DNA of 35,943 bases from an uncultured Bacteroidia bacterium (GTDB lineage: Bacteria > Bacteroidota > Bacteroidia > CAYPEC01): the NCBI GenBank assembly GCA_964409625.1, contig CAYPEC010000004.1:1-35943 (forward strand), given 5' to 3'. The position numbers and the translations under genes are program-made. The notes below the pieces were generated by a model. It worked only from the letters and a program-made list of their open reading frames with translations. It did not search any database and was not told where the DNA came from. This document shows positions 8,437-18,131 of the stretch, in pieces; within the stretch, counting starts at the first letter, position 1, and the number at the start of each line of letters is the position of its first letter.

Positions 8437-10263
8437 TTATTTCTGTATGATAATCTTAACTACTTTCTGAAAATCTTTATTCCCGATTCTTACAAGATAA
8501 GCCCCTGATTTAACATTTGAAATACTAAGAGTATTGTCAAAACTATTATTGATGGGAGATATTCTGGTTCCCTTTATATATCTTCCTTGTACATCAAATA
8601 AATCAACCACAAGTTCATTGTTTGATAAAGTATTTTGTCCTGATATATTTAAAACATCTCCAACTTGAAACACATTAAAAGATTGGAGTTTTAAATTTTC
8701 TTCGATCCCTGTTGAAAGAGGAATTTGCCACGAAAAAATGCGAGTTCTTATTCCACCCGCAATGTATTCTCCGGTATGCCAAAACGTAATCCCATCAGGG
8801 TCTAAAGAAGTTTGAGAATAATCTCCATATCTTTCAAATCCTGTTTGTGAAGATGTTCCAGCAATTGCAGTTTGTTCTGTAAAAGTCATTTGGTTCAGGG
8901 GGTCTGAGGCTAAGCGTCCGGTAAAACGTAAACTTGGAAATGTACTTGAACCAGAAACAGCATAAGCCATTCCAATACTTCCATTGTCATCCATAGCAAT
9001 ACTTCCTAACCAGCGGCTTTCACCATCAGGTGCAAATGTAGATTGTTGGTATATACTCCAAACTTTTGTCGTATCATTTTGTCTAAGTTCATACCAACGA
9101 ACTCCTCCTTGATTACTTCCATTAACATCCACAACATGGCATAGCACAACAGAATTGTATCCAACCCATTTTCTAAATGGAGCTCTATAGGTTAGAACAC
9201 CAGCTATGGCATCTAATTTTTGAGTAGTCCCCTTTTGGGTGATGTCATCCCAAGAAGTTGTAAAGATTGAGTTGAATGCTGTAGTTGGTAATTGCTTGTC
9301 TAAAATTAAAGTAGCTGAAGGAGTTGCCCCCCATGTAACAGCCATTTTGTAAACTCTAATAGCATCTGTTGAAGAAGAAGACCAGCTGTCATCTTCAAAT
9401 GAAAAAATTGGGCAAGGTGTTCCAAGTGGAGGTAATTGGCCATCTGCATCGGCAGGTAGTGGGACAAAAAATCCATCTGTAGGAATGGATGAAAAGTTCT
9501 TTGAAATCATTCTTGAAGTTGATTTTCCTGCGAGCATACTGTCTCTTTCAAATACCAACATTTTTTGAGTGCCTTGATTTGAGGATACGTAATAACCATC
9601 TGCCCAAATAGAAATTTTAAAATAATCCGGAAATTGCGAAGTTGTAAATTTATACTTGTAATAACTACCCGTTGGGCTTGAAGTGGTTGAAATAGCTACC
9701 CATATTTCATTTTCAGGGCTGCCATCACTAAATTGACTAATTAACCATCTATCAGCGTATTTATCATATAGCACTATTGGGTCGCCATTGTTTTGCCCAA
9801 ACAATAACGAACTTAGATTTAAAGAAGATGTTAACGCTCCACCAGTTTTGTTATAAACTCTATACTTGGTATTTATAGCTTGAACATAATGATTTGGACC
9901 AGCTGCTCCCGAAGGGTCTGGAGGTGTTCCTCCGCCTTGCCCTGCAAAGTTTTGTATTGTTGTTAGAGTCATTCCCTTTCCAGATGTTTTCTGTCTTGCC
10001 GGGTCTTCACCTTTTGGTAAAGCATTTGGATTTTTATCTTCGCCTCTTGCTCTTTTATTTTTTACTTCTATTTCAGATTCTTCTTTTGTTGCATCTGATG
10101 AGATTCCATAATATTGAGATAACTCCTCAATAGTTTTGGAGATGCTAAACTCAGAGCAGGTAACTACTTGTAAAGAGTTATCTGTTTCTTTTTGCTGAAC
10201 TTGTTGAGCAAAAAGAGCGTTTGTGAAAATTCCTAATCCGAGAAAATAAATTTGTTTTTTCAT
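8437..10263 (-). CDS. Secreted protein with a type A T9SS C-terminal sorting domain; catalytic function unknown
   Basis: N-terminal signal peptide (FTNALFAQQ). The C-terminal ~80 aa fit the Por/T9SS CTD pattern (VVDLFDVQGRYIKG...SNVKSGAYLVRIGNKDFQKVVKIIIQK). Confidence 0.8.
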   Translation of the reverse strand: MKKQIYFLGLGIFTNALFAQQVQQKETDNSLQVVTCSEFSISKTIEELSQYYGISSDATKEESEIEVKNKRARGEDKNPNALPKGEDPARQKTSGKGMTLTTIQNFAGQGGGTPPDPSGAAGPNHYVQAINTKYRVYNKTGGALTSSLNLSSLLFGQNNGDPIVLYDKYADRWLISQFSDGSPENEIWVAISTTSSPTGSYYKYKFTTSQFPDYFKISIWADGYYVSSNQGTQKMLVFERDSMLAGKSTSRMISKNFSSIPTDGFFVPLPADADGQLPPLGTPCPIFSFEDDSWSSSSTDAIRVYKMAVTWGATPSATLILDKQLPTTAFNSIFTTSWDDITQKGTTQKLDAIAGVLTYRAPFRKWVGYNSVVLCHVVDVNGSNQGGVRWYELRQNDTTKVWSIYQQSTFAPDGESRWLGSIAMDDNGSIGMAYAVSGSSTFPSLRFTGRLASDPLNQMTFTEQTAIAGTSSQTGFERYGDYSQTSLDPDGITFWHTGEYIAGGIRTRIFSWQIPLSTGIEENLKLQSFNVFQVGDVLNISGQNTLSNNELVVDLFDVQGRYIKGTRISPINNSFDNTLSISNVKSGAYLVRIGNKDFQKVVKIIIQK

Positions 10264-10366
10264 TGTGAAAATGTGCTTGTGTAAGTTGCTAAGTTCCGAA
10301 ATATAATTTTGGAAAACAAATTTTTAGCCGAGTAGATTTATTTTAACGATAAACAAACAAAAAAAT

Positions 10367-10765
10367 TTACTGCTTTGGCAATTCTATTTCTTGCTGAACA
10401 ATGAAAGAACCAGGAAACTGAGGGGATATTTCTTTCCAAAATTTATATGCTTCCAACTTTGTTCTAAAATCACCTACAGTAACAGTGAAATTTGGTTGTT
10501 GATAATCATCATAAGCAGGAACATTGTTGTATTTTGTAATAAAATTTGATTTAATTTCTTTTGCTTTGGTTTTATCAGTTCCGAAGTGAATCTTCACTCT
10601 GTATCCTTTTATTTTTTGCTTTTTATTAATTTCAGTTTTTTTATAAATTGTTTTTTGAATTCTTTCATCCTGCTTATAACTAATTAATCCTTGTTCTCCT
10701 TTTTTTTGTGCAAAAAGTGAACTCAAAAGACTAATAGAAAAAAGGAGTAGCAATATTTTTTTCAT
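10367..10765 (-). CDS. SPOR domain-containing protein (peptidoglycan-binding)
   Basis: Signal peptide MKKILLLLFSISLLSSLFAQ. The C-terminal ~75 aa look SPOR-like (GYRVKIHFGTDKTKAKEIKSNF...FTVTVGDFRTKLEAYKFWKEI). Internal ATG at 10765 preferred. Confidence 0.7.
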   Translation of the reverse strand: MKKILLLLFSISLLSSLFAQKKGEQGLISYKQDERIQKTIYKKTEINKKQKIKGYRVKIHFGTDKTKAKEIKSNFITKYNNVPAYDDYQQPNFTVTVGDFRTKLEAYKFWKEISPQFPGSFIVQQEIELPKQ

Positions 10766-10813
10766 AATGTAAAGTAACAAGAAGAATAGCAATTCCTATT
10801 CCAAAAGACGAAA

Positions 10814-10821
10814 CAAATTTA
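10814..10821 (-). promoter_or_regulatory. -7 promoter box TAAATTTG for the SPOR gene
   Basis: + strand caaattta, about 50 nt upstream of the ATG at 10765. Confidence 0.35.
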
Positions 10822-10986
10822 TATATTAAATTTTGAATCCTCTTTTCTATTTCGAGATATAAATAGCTTGAAAAAAATTAAATTTGATCAAATAACGCAA
10901 ATTAATAAAAATCAACAAGTCTTGTTTAGAATCATTATAAATTAAAAAAAAAACTAAAAAAAATAATAAATGAAGCATTCTTCTTA

Positions 10987-10994
10987 TAAATTTG
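10987..10994 (+). promoter_or_regulatory. -7 promoter box TAAATTTG for the ACIII-oxidase operon
   Basis: tTATAAATTTGtcg sits at the end of a 230-bp AT-rich intergenic region, about 57 nt upstream of the actA ATG. Confidence 0.4.
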
Positions 10995-11051
10995 TCGCGC
11001 ATTTAAAGCACGAAAATAGATTTGCGACCACATAAAAATCTCAAAAAATAT

Positions 11052-12311
11052 ATGATTACAAGGTCTTTCAGGGCACAAAAATTACAAAATTGGATTTATT
11101 CTTTTGTATTTTTGTTCTTGGCTTTTGGAGTTAAAAATGTTCATGCACAAGCAGACGGAGCCAAGCTTTTCAAACAAAATTGTGCAGTTTGCCATAAACT
11201 AGATGAGAAAAAATTAACAGGACCTGGGCTGAAAGGTGTTTTCCAAAGAATTCCTTCTGAAAAATGGTTTATCGATTGGGTTTTAAACAATGATAAGCTT
11301 ACCAAATCAGGTGATGCATATGCTGTAAAAATTAGTCAGTTCGATCCTTCGCTGATGACAATTTTTGAAGGGCAGCTTTCAGAAGATGATATTAAAGCAA
11401 TTGCTGCGTATGTGAAAAACCCTCCTGTTGAAGTTGCAGCAACTGCAAATAATAATGTAACAAATGGAGAACAGACTGCAAAAACAGAAGAAGGGATTGA
11501 TCCATTCAAAATACTAATAGGAGTTGTTGCTTTCTTAATTATACTTATATCTATATTAAGAGGAGTAAAACATTCTTTAAAAAATGTAGTTAATGAAAAA
11601 GAAGGAAAGCCGTCAGTTCCTGAAATGGGAATGTGGGAAGAAACAAAAGGATGGCTTGGGGCTCATAAGCGTTTTGTAGCTTTAGCAATTCTTTTTTTAG
11701 TAGGTTGGGGATTAAAAACATCTTGGTATAAACTTCAAAATATAGGAGTTCACCAAGGATACAAGCCGCAACAACCCATTAAATTTTCTCATAAAATTCA
11801 TGCTGGAGATAATGCAATTAATTGTGTTTATTGTCACAACACAGTTGAAAAAAGCCGTCACGCAAGCATTCCTTCTGTGAATGTTTGTATGAATTGTCAC
11901 AAAGGAATTGATAAAGGACCAACTACTGGGACTGCAGAAATTGCTAAGATATATGAAGCTGCAGGATTTAATCCTGAAACTCAAGCATACGATAAACCTC
12001 AAAAACCTCTCAAGTGGGTAAAGGTTCACAACCTTCAAGACTTTGTTTATTTTAATCACTCCCAACACGTAGTTGTTGGTAAGCAAGATTGTGCAAATTG
12101 CCATGGAGATTTAAAGGAAATGACAGTTGCAAAACAAGTTCAACCCTTAACAATGGCTTGGTGTATTGATTGTCATAAAAAAACAGAAGTAGCGATGGAT
12201 AATAATCCATATTACGAAGAGCTACATAAAAAATTAGCAGAAAAATATAAAGGTCAAAAAATAACAGTTGACAAAATAGGCGGAATTGAGTGTGTAAAAT
12301 GTCATTACTAG
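11052..12311 (+). CDS. actA: Alternative Complex III subunit ActA, multihaem cytochrome c (six CxxCH motifs)
   Basis: CxxCH motifs: CAVCH, CVYCH, CMNCH, CANCH, CIDCH, CVKCH. Signal peptide, two hydrophobic helices, and first position in an act-type operon. Confidence 0.85.
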   Translation: MITRSFRAQKLQNWIYSFVFLFLAFGVKNVHAQADGAKLFKQNCAVCHKLDEKKLTGPGLKGVFQRIPSEKWFIDWVLNNDKLTKSGDAYAVKISQFDPSLMTIFEGQLSEDDIKAIAAYVKNPPVEVAATANNNVTNGEQTAKTEEGIDPFKILIGVVAFLIILISILRGVKHSLKNVVNEKEGKPSVPEMGMWEETKGWLGAHKRFVALAILFLVGWGLKTSWYKLQNIGVHQGYKPQQPIKFSHKIHAGDNAINCVYCHNTVEKSRHASIPSVNVCMNCHKGIDKGPTTGTAEIAKIYEAAGFNPETQAYDKPQKPLKWVKVHNLQDFVYFNHSQHVVVGKQDCANCHGDLKEMTVAKQVQPLTMAWCIDCHKKTEVAMDNNPYYEELHKKLAEKYKGQKITVDKIGGIECVKCHY

Positions 12312-12346
12312 TTCGTTAAATTTAATCGAAAGAGCTTAAACACAAT

Positions 12347-15300
12347 ATGGCAACAAAAAAATACTGGAAAGGATTAGAAGAACTGGCTCAAAGCCCTGAA
12401 TTTGTTAATGCTCAGCAAAATGAATTCACTGAGCAATTACCAGTTGAACAACTTCTAAGCAATGCTTCTGATGAAAATTCTACAAGCAGAAGAGATTTTC
12501 TGAAATTTTTAGGATTTAGCGTAACCGCAGCTTCACTTGCGGCTTGCGAAGCCCCCGTTACTAAGGCGATTCCATATGTAGTAAAACCCGAAGAAATCAC
12601 TCCTGGTGTTGCGAACTTTTACGCGTCTACCCATTTTGATGGAAATGATTATTGTAGCGTTTTAGTTAAAACGAGAGAAGGAAGACCAATTAAAATTGAA
12701 GGTAACGAATTATCTCCAATTACTAAAGGAGCAACAAATGCACGTGTTCAAGCATCTGTGCTTTCCTTATATGATTCAAATAGAATTACAGGACCTTTTG
12801 CTCTGAAAGCAGCCACAACTTGGGTGGATGCAGATAAACAAATCGCATCTAAATTAGCTGATATAGCTGCAAAGGGAGGAAACATTCGTATCCTTTCCTC
12901 AACTATTATAAGCCCATCAACAAAACAAGTAATAGCTGATTTTGTTACAAAATATCCTTCAACGAAGCATGTATCTTACGATGCTGTTTCTTATAGTTCG
13001 ATAGCAAAAGCAAACCAAGCGTCTTTCGGAAAAGCAGTCATTCCTACATATAAATTTGATGCTGCAAATGTGATTGTTGGTATTGGAGCAGATTTCTTGA
13101 TTAACTGGCTTTCTCCTATTGAGTATGCAAAACAATATTCTGTAAATAGAAAAGTTAATTCGAATAAAAAAGAAATGTCTAAGCACATTCAGATTGAGTC
13201 AAACCTTTCTGTAACAGGTGCAAATGCAGACAAGCGTATTCAGGCAAAGCCATCACAAATGGCGCTTGCAGCTGTTAATTTATATAATGCTGTTGCCAAG
13301 ATGACTGGAGGAAGTTCAGTTGCTTCTGCCTCTTTAGAAATTGATAAAGAATTAGAACAAGTAGCAAAAATGCTTGTTGAAAGCAAAGGAAAAGCACTTG
13401 TTGTTTGTGGCATCAATGATATAAATGCACAACTTTTTGTTAATGCTATAAATAACATGATAGGAAGCTACGGAGTTACTATCGATATGGAAACTCCTTC
13501 ATACACTAAACAAGGAAGTGATGAAGAATTCGCTTCTCTTGTTGCTGAAATGAAAGAAGGGAAGGTTGATGCAGTAATTACATACAATACAAATCCTGCT
13601 TATACTGCACCAGCATCGCTTAATTTTGCTGATGCTTATGGAAAGGTTAAAGTAAAAATATCAATTGCAGACAGAATGGACGAGACAGCTTCATTGTCTG
13701 ATTTCGTTTGCCCAGATCATCACTATTTAGAATCTTGGAATGATTTTAATCCAAGAAAAGGACACTATAGTTTATCTCAACCTACCATTGCTCCGATATT
13801 TTCTAAGCCACGCCATGAGGGAACTCGTGCCGCACAAGAAAGTTTATTAGCATGGGCTGGAAATACTACCGATTACCTAACTTATATGCAACAAAATTGG
13901 GAGAAGACAATTTTCTCAATGCAGAGTTCTGAAACAATGTTTACTTCTTTCTGGAATAAATCATTGCAGGATGGAGTTGTTGCAATTGTAGCTACAATGC
14001 CAGTTGCCGTTGACGCTAAGAAAGAAACAAATGCAGCAAAACCAGAAGAAAAGAAAGTTGAAGAAACTCCTACACAAGCACCAAGTAGTGATTTAGCATC
14101 TGCTGCACAAGCGATAGTTAAATCTTCAAAAGGTGGTGCTTGGGAATTAGCGATATACGAAAAGGCAGGTATTGGTATCGGAACTCAGCCGAACAATCCT
14201 TGGTTGCTAGAATTGCCAGATCCTATTTCTAAAGTTACTTGGGATAACTACATTACCATGTCTCCTATCGATATGAAGGAGATGGGGCTTAATATGCTTG
14301 AAAGACAAGATAGAGAAGGAAGTATAGTTAATTTAACTGTCGCAGGAAAAACAATTCCTGTTCCTGTTTATTCTCAACCCGGGCAAACTCCTAAAACAAT
14401 TGGACTTGCTGTAGGTTATGGAAGAACTGGCGTTGGAAAAGCTGCCGAAAATGTTGGAGTTAATGCATTCCCATTTGCTCAGTTGCTAAACGGAACAGTT
14501 CAAATGGCTTCTTTTGAAGTAAATGTTGAAAAAACTGGAAACACTCATGAGTTTGCAGCTACACAAATTCACCACACGATGATGGGGCGTGAAATTGTAC
14601 GTGAAGCTACTCTTGCTGAATATATTGAAAACCCTGCTGCTGGAAATGAGCCCGAAATGCTAAATACATTAACGGGTAAACAACCACTTTCGAAAGTTGA
14701 CTTATGGGATGCCCACGATTCATTAGGTCATCATTGGGGAATGACCATTGATTTAAATTCTTGTATTGGATGCGGAGCTTGTGTAGTAAGTTGCACAGCT
14801 GAGAACAACGTAGCTGTTGTAGGCAAGGCAATGGTTATGAATACCCGTGAAATGCACTGGTTGAGAATTGATCGCTACTATAGCAGCGACATGAGTTTTG
14901 AAAAAGCTCACAAAGAAGGTGTTGGGTTGATTGATGAATATTTGGAAATGGAAAATCCAGCTGCTTTAAATCCTAAAGTTGTTTTCCAACCTGTAATGTG
15001 CCAACACTGTAATCATGCTCCTTGCGAAACGGTTTGCCCTGTTTTAGCTACAACTCATAGCACTGAAGGATATAATCAAATGACTTATAACCGTTGTATC
15101 GGAACAAGATATTGCGCTAACAACTGTCCTTATAAAGTAAGACGCTTCAATTGGTTTAATTACAATGACAATACAAAATTTGCAGATGTAAACCCTGTTC
15201 AAGATGATTTAGGACGCATGGTGTTAAACCCAGATGTAGTAGTTCGTTCAAGAGGGGTGATGGAAAAATGCAGTATGTGTGTTCAGCGAGTTCAAGGCGG

Positions 15301-15535
15301 AAAATTAACCGCAAAGAAGGAAGGAAGAAAAATTAAAGACGGAGAAATCAAGACCGCTTGTGCTCAATCTTGTCCTACAAATGCAATTATTTTTGGAGAT
15401 ATTAATGATCCAACAAGTGAAATTTCTCAATATAGAAAAGAGGAGAGAAATTATTTCTTATTGGAAGATGTAGGAGCTAAGCCAACAGTAAGTTATATGA
15501 CAAAAATTACTAACGAAGAAAAAGCGGAAGCATAA
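12347..15535 (+). CDS. actB: ACIII subunit ActB (Tat-exported molybdopterin-oxidoreductase-like plus Fe-S fusion)
   Basis: Twin-arginine signal SRRDFLKFLGFSVTAASLAAC. C-terminal ferredoxin-type clusters: CIGCGACVVSC, CQHCNHAPCETVCP, CIGTRYCANNCPYKVRRFNW, CAQSCP. Confidence 0.9.
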   Translation: MATKKYWKGLEELAQSPEFVNAQQNEFTEQLPVEQLLSNASDENSTSRRDFLKFLGFSVTAASLAACEAPVTKAIPYVVKPEEITPGVANFYASTHFDGNDYCSVLVKTREGRPIKIEGNELSPITKGATNARVQASVLSLYDSNRITGPFALKAATTWVDADKQIASKLADIAAKGGNIRILSSTIISPSTKQVIADFVTKYPSTKHVSYDAVSYSSIAKANQASFGKAVIPTYKFDAANVIVGIGADFLINWLSPIEYAKQYSVNRKVNSNKKEMSKHIQIESNLSVTGANADKRIQAKPSQMALAAVNLYNAVAKMTGGSSVASASLEIDKELEQVAKMLVESKGKALVVCGINDINAQLFVNAINNMIGSYGVTIDMETPSYTKQGSDEEFASLVAEMKEGKVDAVITYNTNPAYTAPASLNFADAYGKVKVKISIADRMDETASLSDFVCPDHHYLESWNDFNPRKGHYSLSQPTIAPIFSKPRHEGTRAAQESLLAWAGNTTDYLTYMQQNWEKTIFSMQSSETMFTSFWNKSLQDGVVAIVATMPVAVDAKKETNAAKPEEKKVEETPTQAPSSDLASAAQAIVKSSKGGAWELAIYEKAGIGIGTQPNNPWLLELPDPISKVTWDNYITMSPIDMKEMGLNMLERQDREGSIVNLTVAGKTIPVPVYSQPGQTPKTIGLAVGYGRTGVGKAAENVGVNAFPFAQLLNGTVQMASFEVNVEKTGNTHEFAATQIHHTMMGREIVREATLAEYIENPAAGNEPEMLNTLTGKQPLSKVDLWDAHDSLGHHWGMTIDLNSCIGCGACVVSCTAENNVAVVGKAMVMNTREMHWLRIDRYYSSDMSFEKAHKEGVGLIDEYLEMENPAALNPKVVFQPVMCQHCNHAPCETVCPVLATTHSTEGYNQMTYNRCIGTRYCANNCPYKVRRFNWFNYNDNTKFADVNPVQDDLGRMVLNPDVVVRSRGVMEKCSMCVQRVQGGKLTAKKEGRKIKDGEIKTACAQSCPTNAIIFGDINDPTSEISQYRKEERNYFLLEDVGAKPTVSYMTKITNEEKAEA

Positions 15536-15560
15536 CACCTAAAAAACACTAGCATCGATT

Positions 15561-16946
15561 ATGCATCAGGAATCACACATAAGAGAACCATTAATTTTAG
15601 GGAAGAAATCGTATAAAGATGTTTCAGATGACATCATACGCCCTATAGAAGGAAAAGCTAACAAATATTGGTACATAGTTTTTGGAATTTCCTTAACTAT
15701 GTTCATTTGGGGTTTAGCTTGCTTGACCTATACCGTTGGAGAAGGAATTGGAACTTGGGGTTCTAACAATGGAGTAGATTGGGCTTGGGATATTACAAAT
15801 TTCGTTTGGTGGATTGGTATTGGTCATGCTGGAACTCTAATTTCAGCGGTACTTTTGTTATTCCGTCAAAAATGGAGAATGGCGATTAACCGTTCTGCTG
15901 AGGCAATGACAATTTTTGCCGTAATGTGTGCAGCTATATTTGTTGTTCTTCACACAGGACGTCCTTGGTTAGATTATATGTTATTCCCTTTCACAAACCA
16001 ATTTGGTTCATTGTGGCCAAACTTTAACTCACCTCTTTTGTGGGATGTGTTTGCAGTATCAACTTATTTTTCTGTATCATTAGTATTCTGGTACACCGGT
16101 CTTATTCCTGATTTTGCAATGATTCGCGATAGGATAAAAAATCCTAAAATGAAAAAGATGTATCGCATTTTAAGTTTTGGATGGAGCGGCAGAGCAAAAG
16201 ATTGGCAACGATTTGAAGAAGTTTCTTTGGTTCTTGCAGGACTCTCAACTCCTCTTGTATTCTCGGTTCACTCAATAGTATCAATGGACTTTGCAACATC
16301 TATTGTTCCAGGATGGCATACAACAATTTTTCCTCCTTACTTCGTTGCTGGAGCCGTATTCTCTGGATTTGCAATGGTGTTAACACTTTTGTTAATTATG
16401 AGAAAAGTATTTTCTCTCGAAAACTATATTACAATTAAGCACATCGAGTATATGAATATCGTTATTATTGTAACGGGTTCTATAGTAGGTGTAGCTTATC
16501 TAACAGAATTATTTATCGCTTATTATTCTGGAGTCGAATACGAACAATATGCATTCCTAAATCGTGCGACAGGACCTTATTGGTGGGCTTATGCGTGCAT
16601 GATGACATGCAATGTTGTTTCTCCACAATTGTTTTGGATACATAAAATTAGAACTAGCTTAGTTGCTACTTTCATTTTATCAATTGTTGTAAATATCGGA
16701 ATGTGGTTTGAGCGTTTTGTAATTATCGTTCCTACACTTTGTCGTACATTCCTCCCATCTACTTGGAATATGTACAGCCCAACTTTTGTTGATATTGGAA
16801 TTTTTGTTGGAACAATCGGATTTTTCTTCACATGCTTTTTATTATTTGCTCGCTTCTTCCCTGTAATTGCTCAGGCAGAATTGAAGTCAATTTTAAAATC
16901 ATCGGGAGAAGAGTATAAAACTAAAAATGCAGATTCACATCACTAA
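15561..16946 (+). CDS. actC: ACIII subunit ActC (NrfD/PsrC-like quinol-interacting membrane subunit)
   Basis: Polytopic membrane protein of 461 aa, placed directly after actB. Confidence 0.85.
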   Translation: MHQESHIREPLILGKKSYKDVSDDIIRPIEGKANKYWYIVFGISLTMFIWGLACLTYTVGEGIGTWGSNNGVDWAWDITNFVWWIGIGHAGTLISAVLLLFRQKWRMAINRSAEAMTIFAVMCAAIFVVLHTGRPWLDYMLFPFTNQFGSLWPNFNSPLLWDVFAVSTYFSVSLVFWYTGLIPDFAMIRDRIKNPKMKKMYRILSFGWSGRAKDWQRFEEVSLVLAGLSTPLVFSVHSIVSMDFATSIVPGWHTTIFPPYFVAGAVFSGFAMVLTLLLIMRKVFSLENYITIKHIEYMNIVIIVTGSIVGVAYLTELFIAYYSGVEYEQYAFLNRATGPYWWAYACMMTCNVVSPQLFWIHKIRTSLVATFILSIVVNIGMWFERFVIIVPTLCRTFLPSTWNMYSPTFVDIGIFVGTIGFFFTCFLLFARFFPVIAQAELKSILKSSGEEYKTKNADSHH

Positions 16947-16961
16947 TAAGTAAAGTTGAAT

Positions 16962-17483
16962 ATGGCTACAATTAATATACATGGAATTTATGATGACGAA
17001 CAAGACCTTCTAAAAGGGGTTAAAGCTCTTCGTTCATCCGGAATTCGAATTAAAGATGCATTTACTCCATTCCCGGTTCATGGGCTGGATAAGGCAATGG
17101 GATTAAAACGTACACGCATTGCAATTACTGCATTTCTTTATGGAATTACAGGAACTTGTCTTGCAACATTAATGATGTGGTACATGATGATTCAGGATTG
17201 GCCTAATATTGTTGGAGGTAAACCAAATTTCGCATATTTCTATAATATTCCAGCGTTTATTCCAATCACTTTTGAATCAACAGTTCTTTGTGCTGCACAT
17301 GGTATGGCCATTACATTTTTTTTAAGAAGCTGGTTATTGCCAGGAGTTTCGCCAAAAAATCCTGACCCAAGAACAACAGATGATAAGTTTATGATTTTGC
17401 TTGAAACAAAACAAGAAAATCTTGGAGGAATAGAAAAGATATTAAAAGATACAGGCGCATCAGAAGTAAATGTAAAACATTGA
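16962..17483 (+). CDS. actD: ACIII subunit ActD (DUF3341-type)
   Basis: 173 aa from the ATG at 16962, with a soluble N-terminus, two TM helices, and the expected operon position. Confidence 0.75.
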   Translation: MATINIHGIYDDEQDLLKGVKALRSSGIRIKDAFTPFPVHGLDKAMGLKRTRIAITAFLYGITGTCLATLMMWYMMIQDWPNIVGGKPNFAYFYNIPAFIPITFESTVLCAAHGMAITFFLRSWLLPGVSPKNPDPRTTDDKFMILLETKQENLGGIEKILKDTGASEVNVKH

Positions 17484-17500
17484 TAGCTTAAGTAATTGCT

Positions 17501-18106
17501 ATGAGAAAAATAAAAAATAAACTTTTTGTACTTGCTTTCACAAGCGGACTTGTTTTCACGTCATGTACAAAAAAAGACCCCAATAGTCCAGGTTTTGAAT
17601 TTATGCCGGATATGTATACATCTCCATCAAAAGAAGTATATGGAACTTCGACATTGTTTGGGGATACAATTTATTTAGGAATGCCTGTGAAAGGGTCTAT
17701 TCCAAGAGGATTTACACCTTATGCTTATCCTAATACACCTGAAGGATATGCAGCATCCGAAGCAAATAAAAATCCATTAGTTACTACTCCCGAACTTGTG
17801 GCTCAAGGAGAGGTTTTGTACGGAAAATTTTGTGTTCATTGTCATGGCGCTTCTGGAGCTGGAGATGGCGCTGTTGGATTAAAACTTCCTGGAGCTCCCC
17901 CTTCTTATTTATCTCCTGCTTTAATGGTCTTATCTGAAGGGAAAATGTTTCATTCAATTGCCTACGGAAAAGGATTAATGGGCGCACATGCATCTATGTT
18001 AACTCAAGAAGAAAGATGGAAATTAGTATTATACATTAAAAAGCTTCAATCGGCTGGAGTACCCGCATCAGTTGCAGTTGATTCAACCCAAATAGTAAAA
18101 AAATAA
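17501..18106 (+). CDS. actE: ACIII subunit ActE, monohaem cytochrome c lipoprotein
   Basis: Lipobox VFTSC|TKK, a single CVHCH motif, and a distal Met context (GKMFHSIAYGKGLMGA). Confidence 0.8.
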   Translation: MRKIKNKLFVLAFTSGLVFTSCTKKDPNSPGFEFMPDMYTSPSKEVYGTSTLFGDTIYLGMPVKGSIPRGFTPYAYPNTPEGYAASEANKNPLVTTPELVAQGEVLYGKFCVHCHGASGAGDGAVGLKLPGAPPSYLSPALMVLSEGKMFHSIAYGKGLMGAHASMLTQEERWKLVLYIKKLQSAGVPASVAVDSTQIVKK

Positions 18107-18131
18107 AAACGAATTTAGTTAATAAGAAAGT

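Noticed and set aside
10793-11021. A 230-bp very AT-rich spacer with long A-tracts upstream of actA. I considered a CRISPR leader, a replication origin, a riboswitch or an sRNA.
   Set aside because: It contains no direct repeats, no DnaA-box-like clusters that I could recognise and no conserved riboswitch core. It is best explained as divergent promoter and UP-element DNA for the SPOR gene and the ACIII operon.
11022-11051. Upstream TTG or other extended starts given by the ORF track (1386, 1391, 10792, 11022, 16956, 30312, 31129).
   Set aside because: In each case an internal ATG a few codons downstream gives a canonical signal peptide, lipobox or conserved family N-terminus. The extension either overlaps the previous gene or contains the predicted -7 promoter box.
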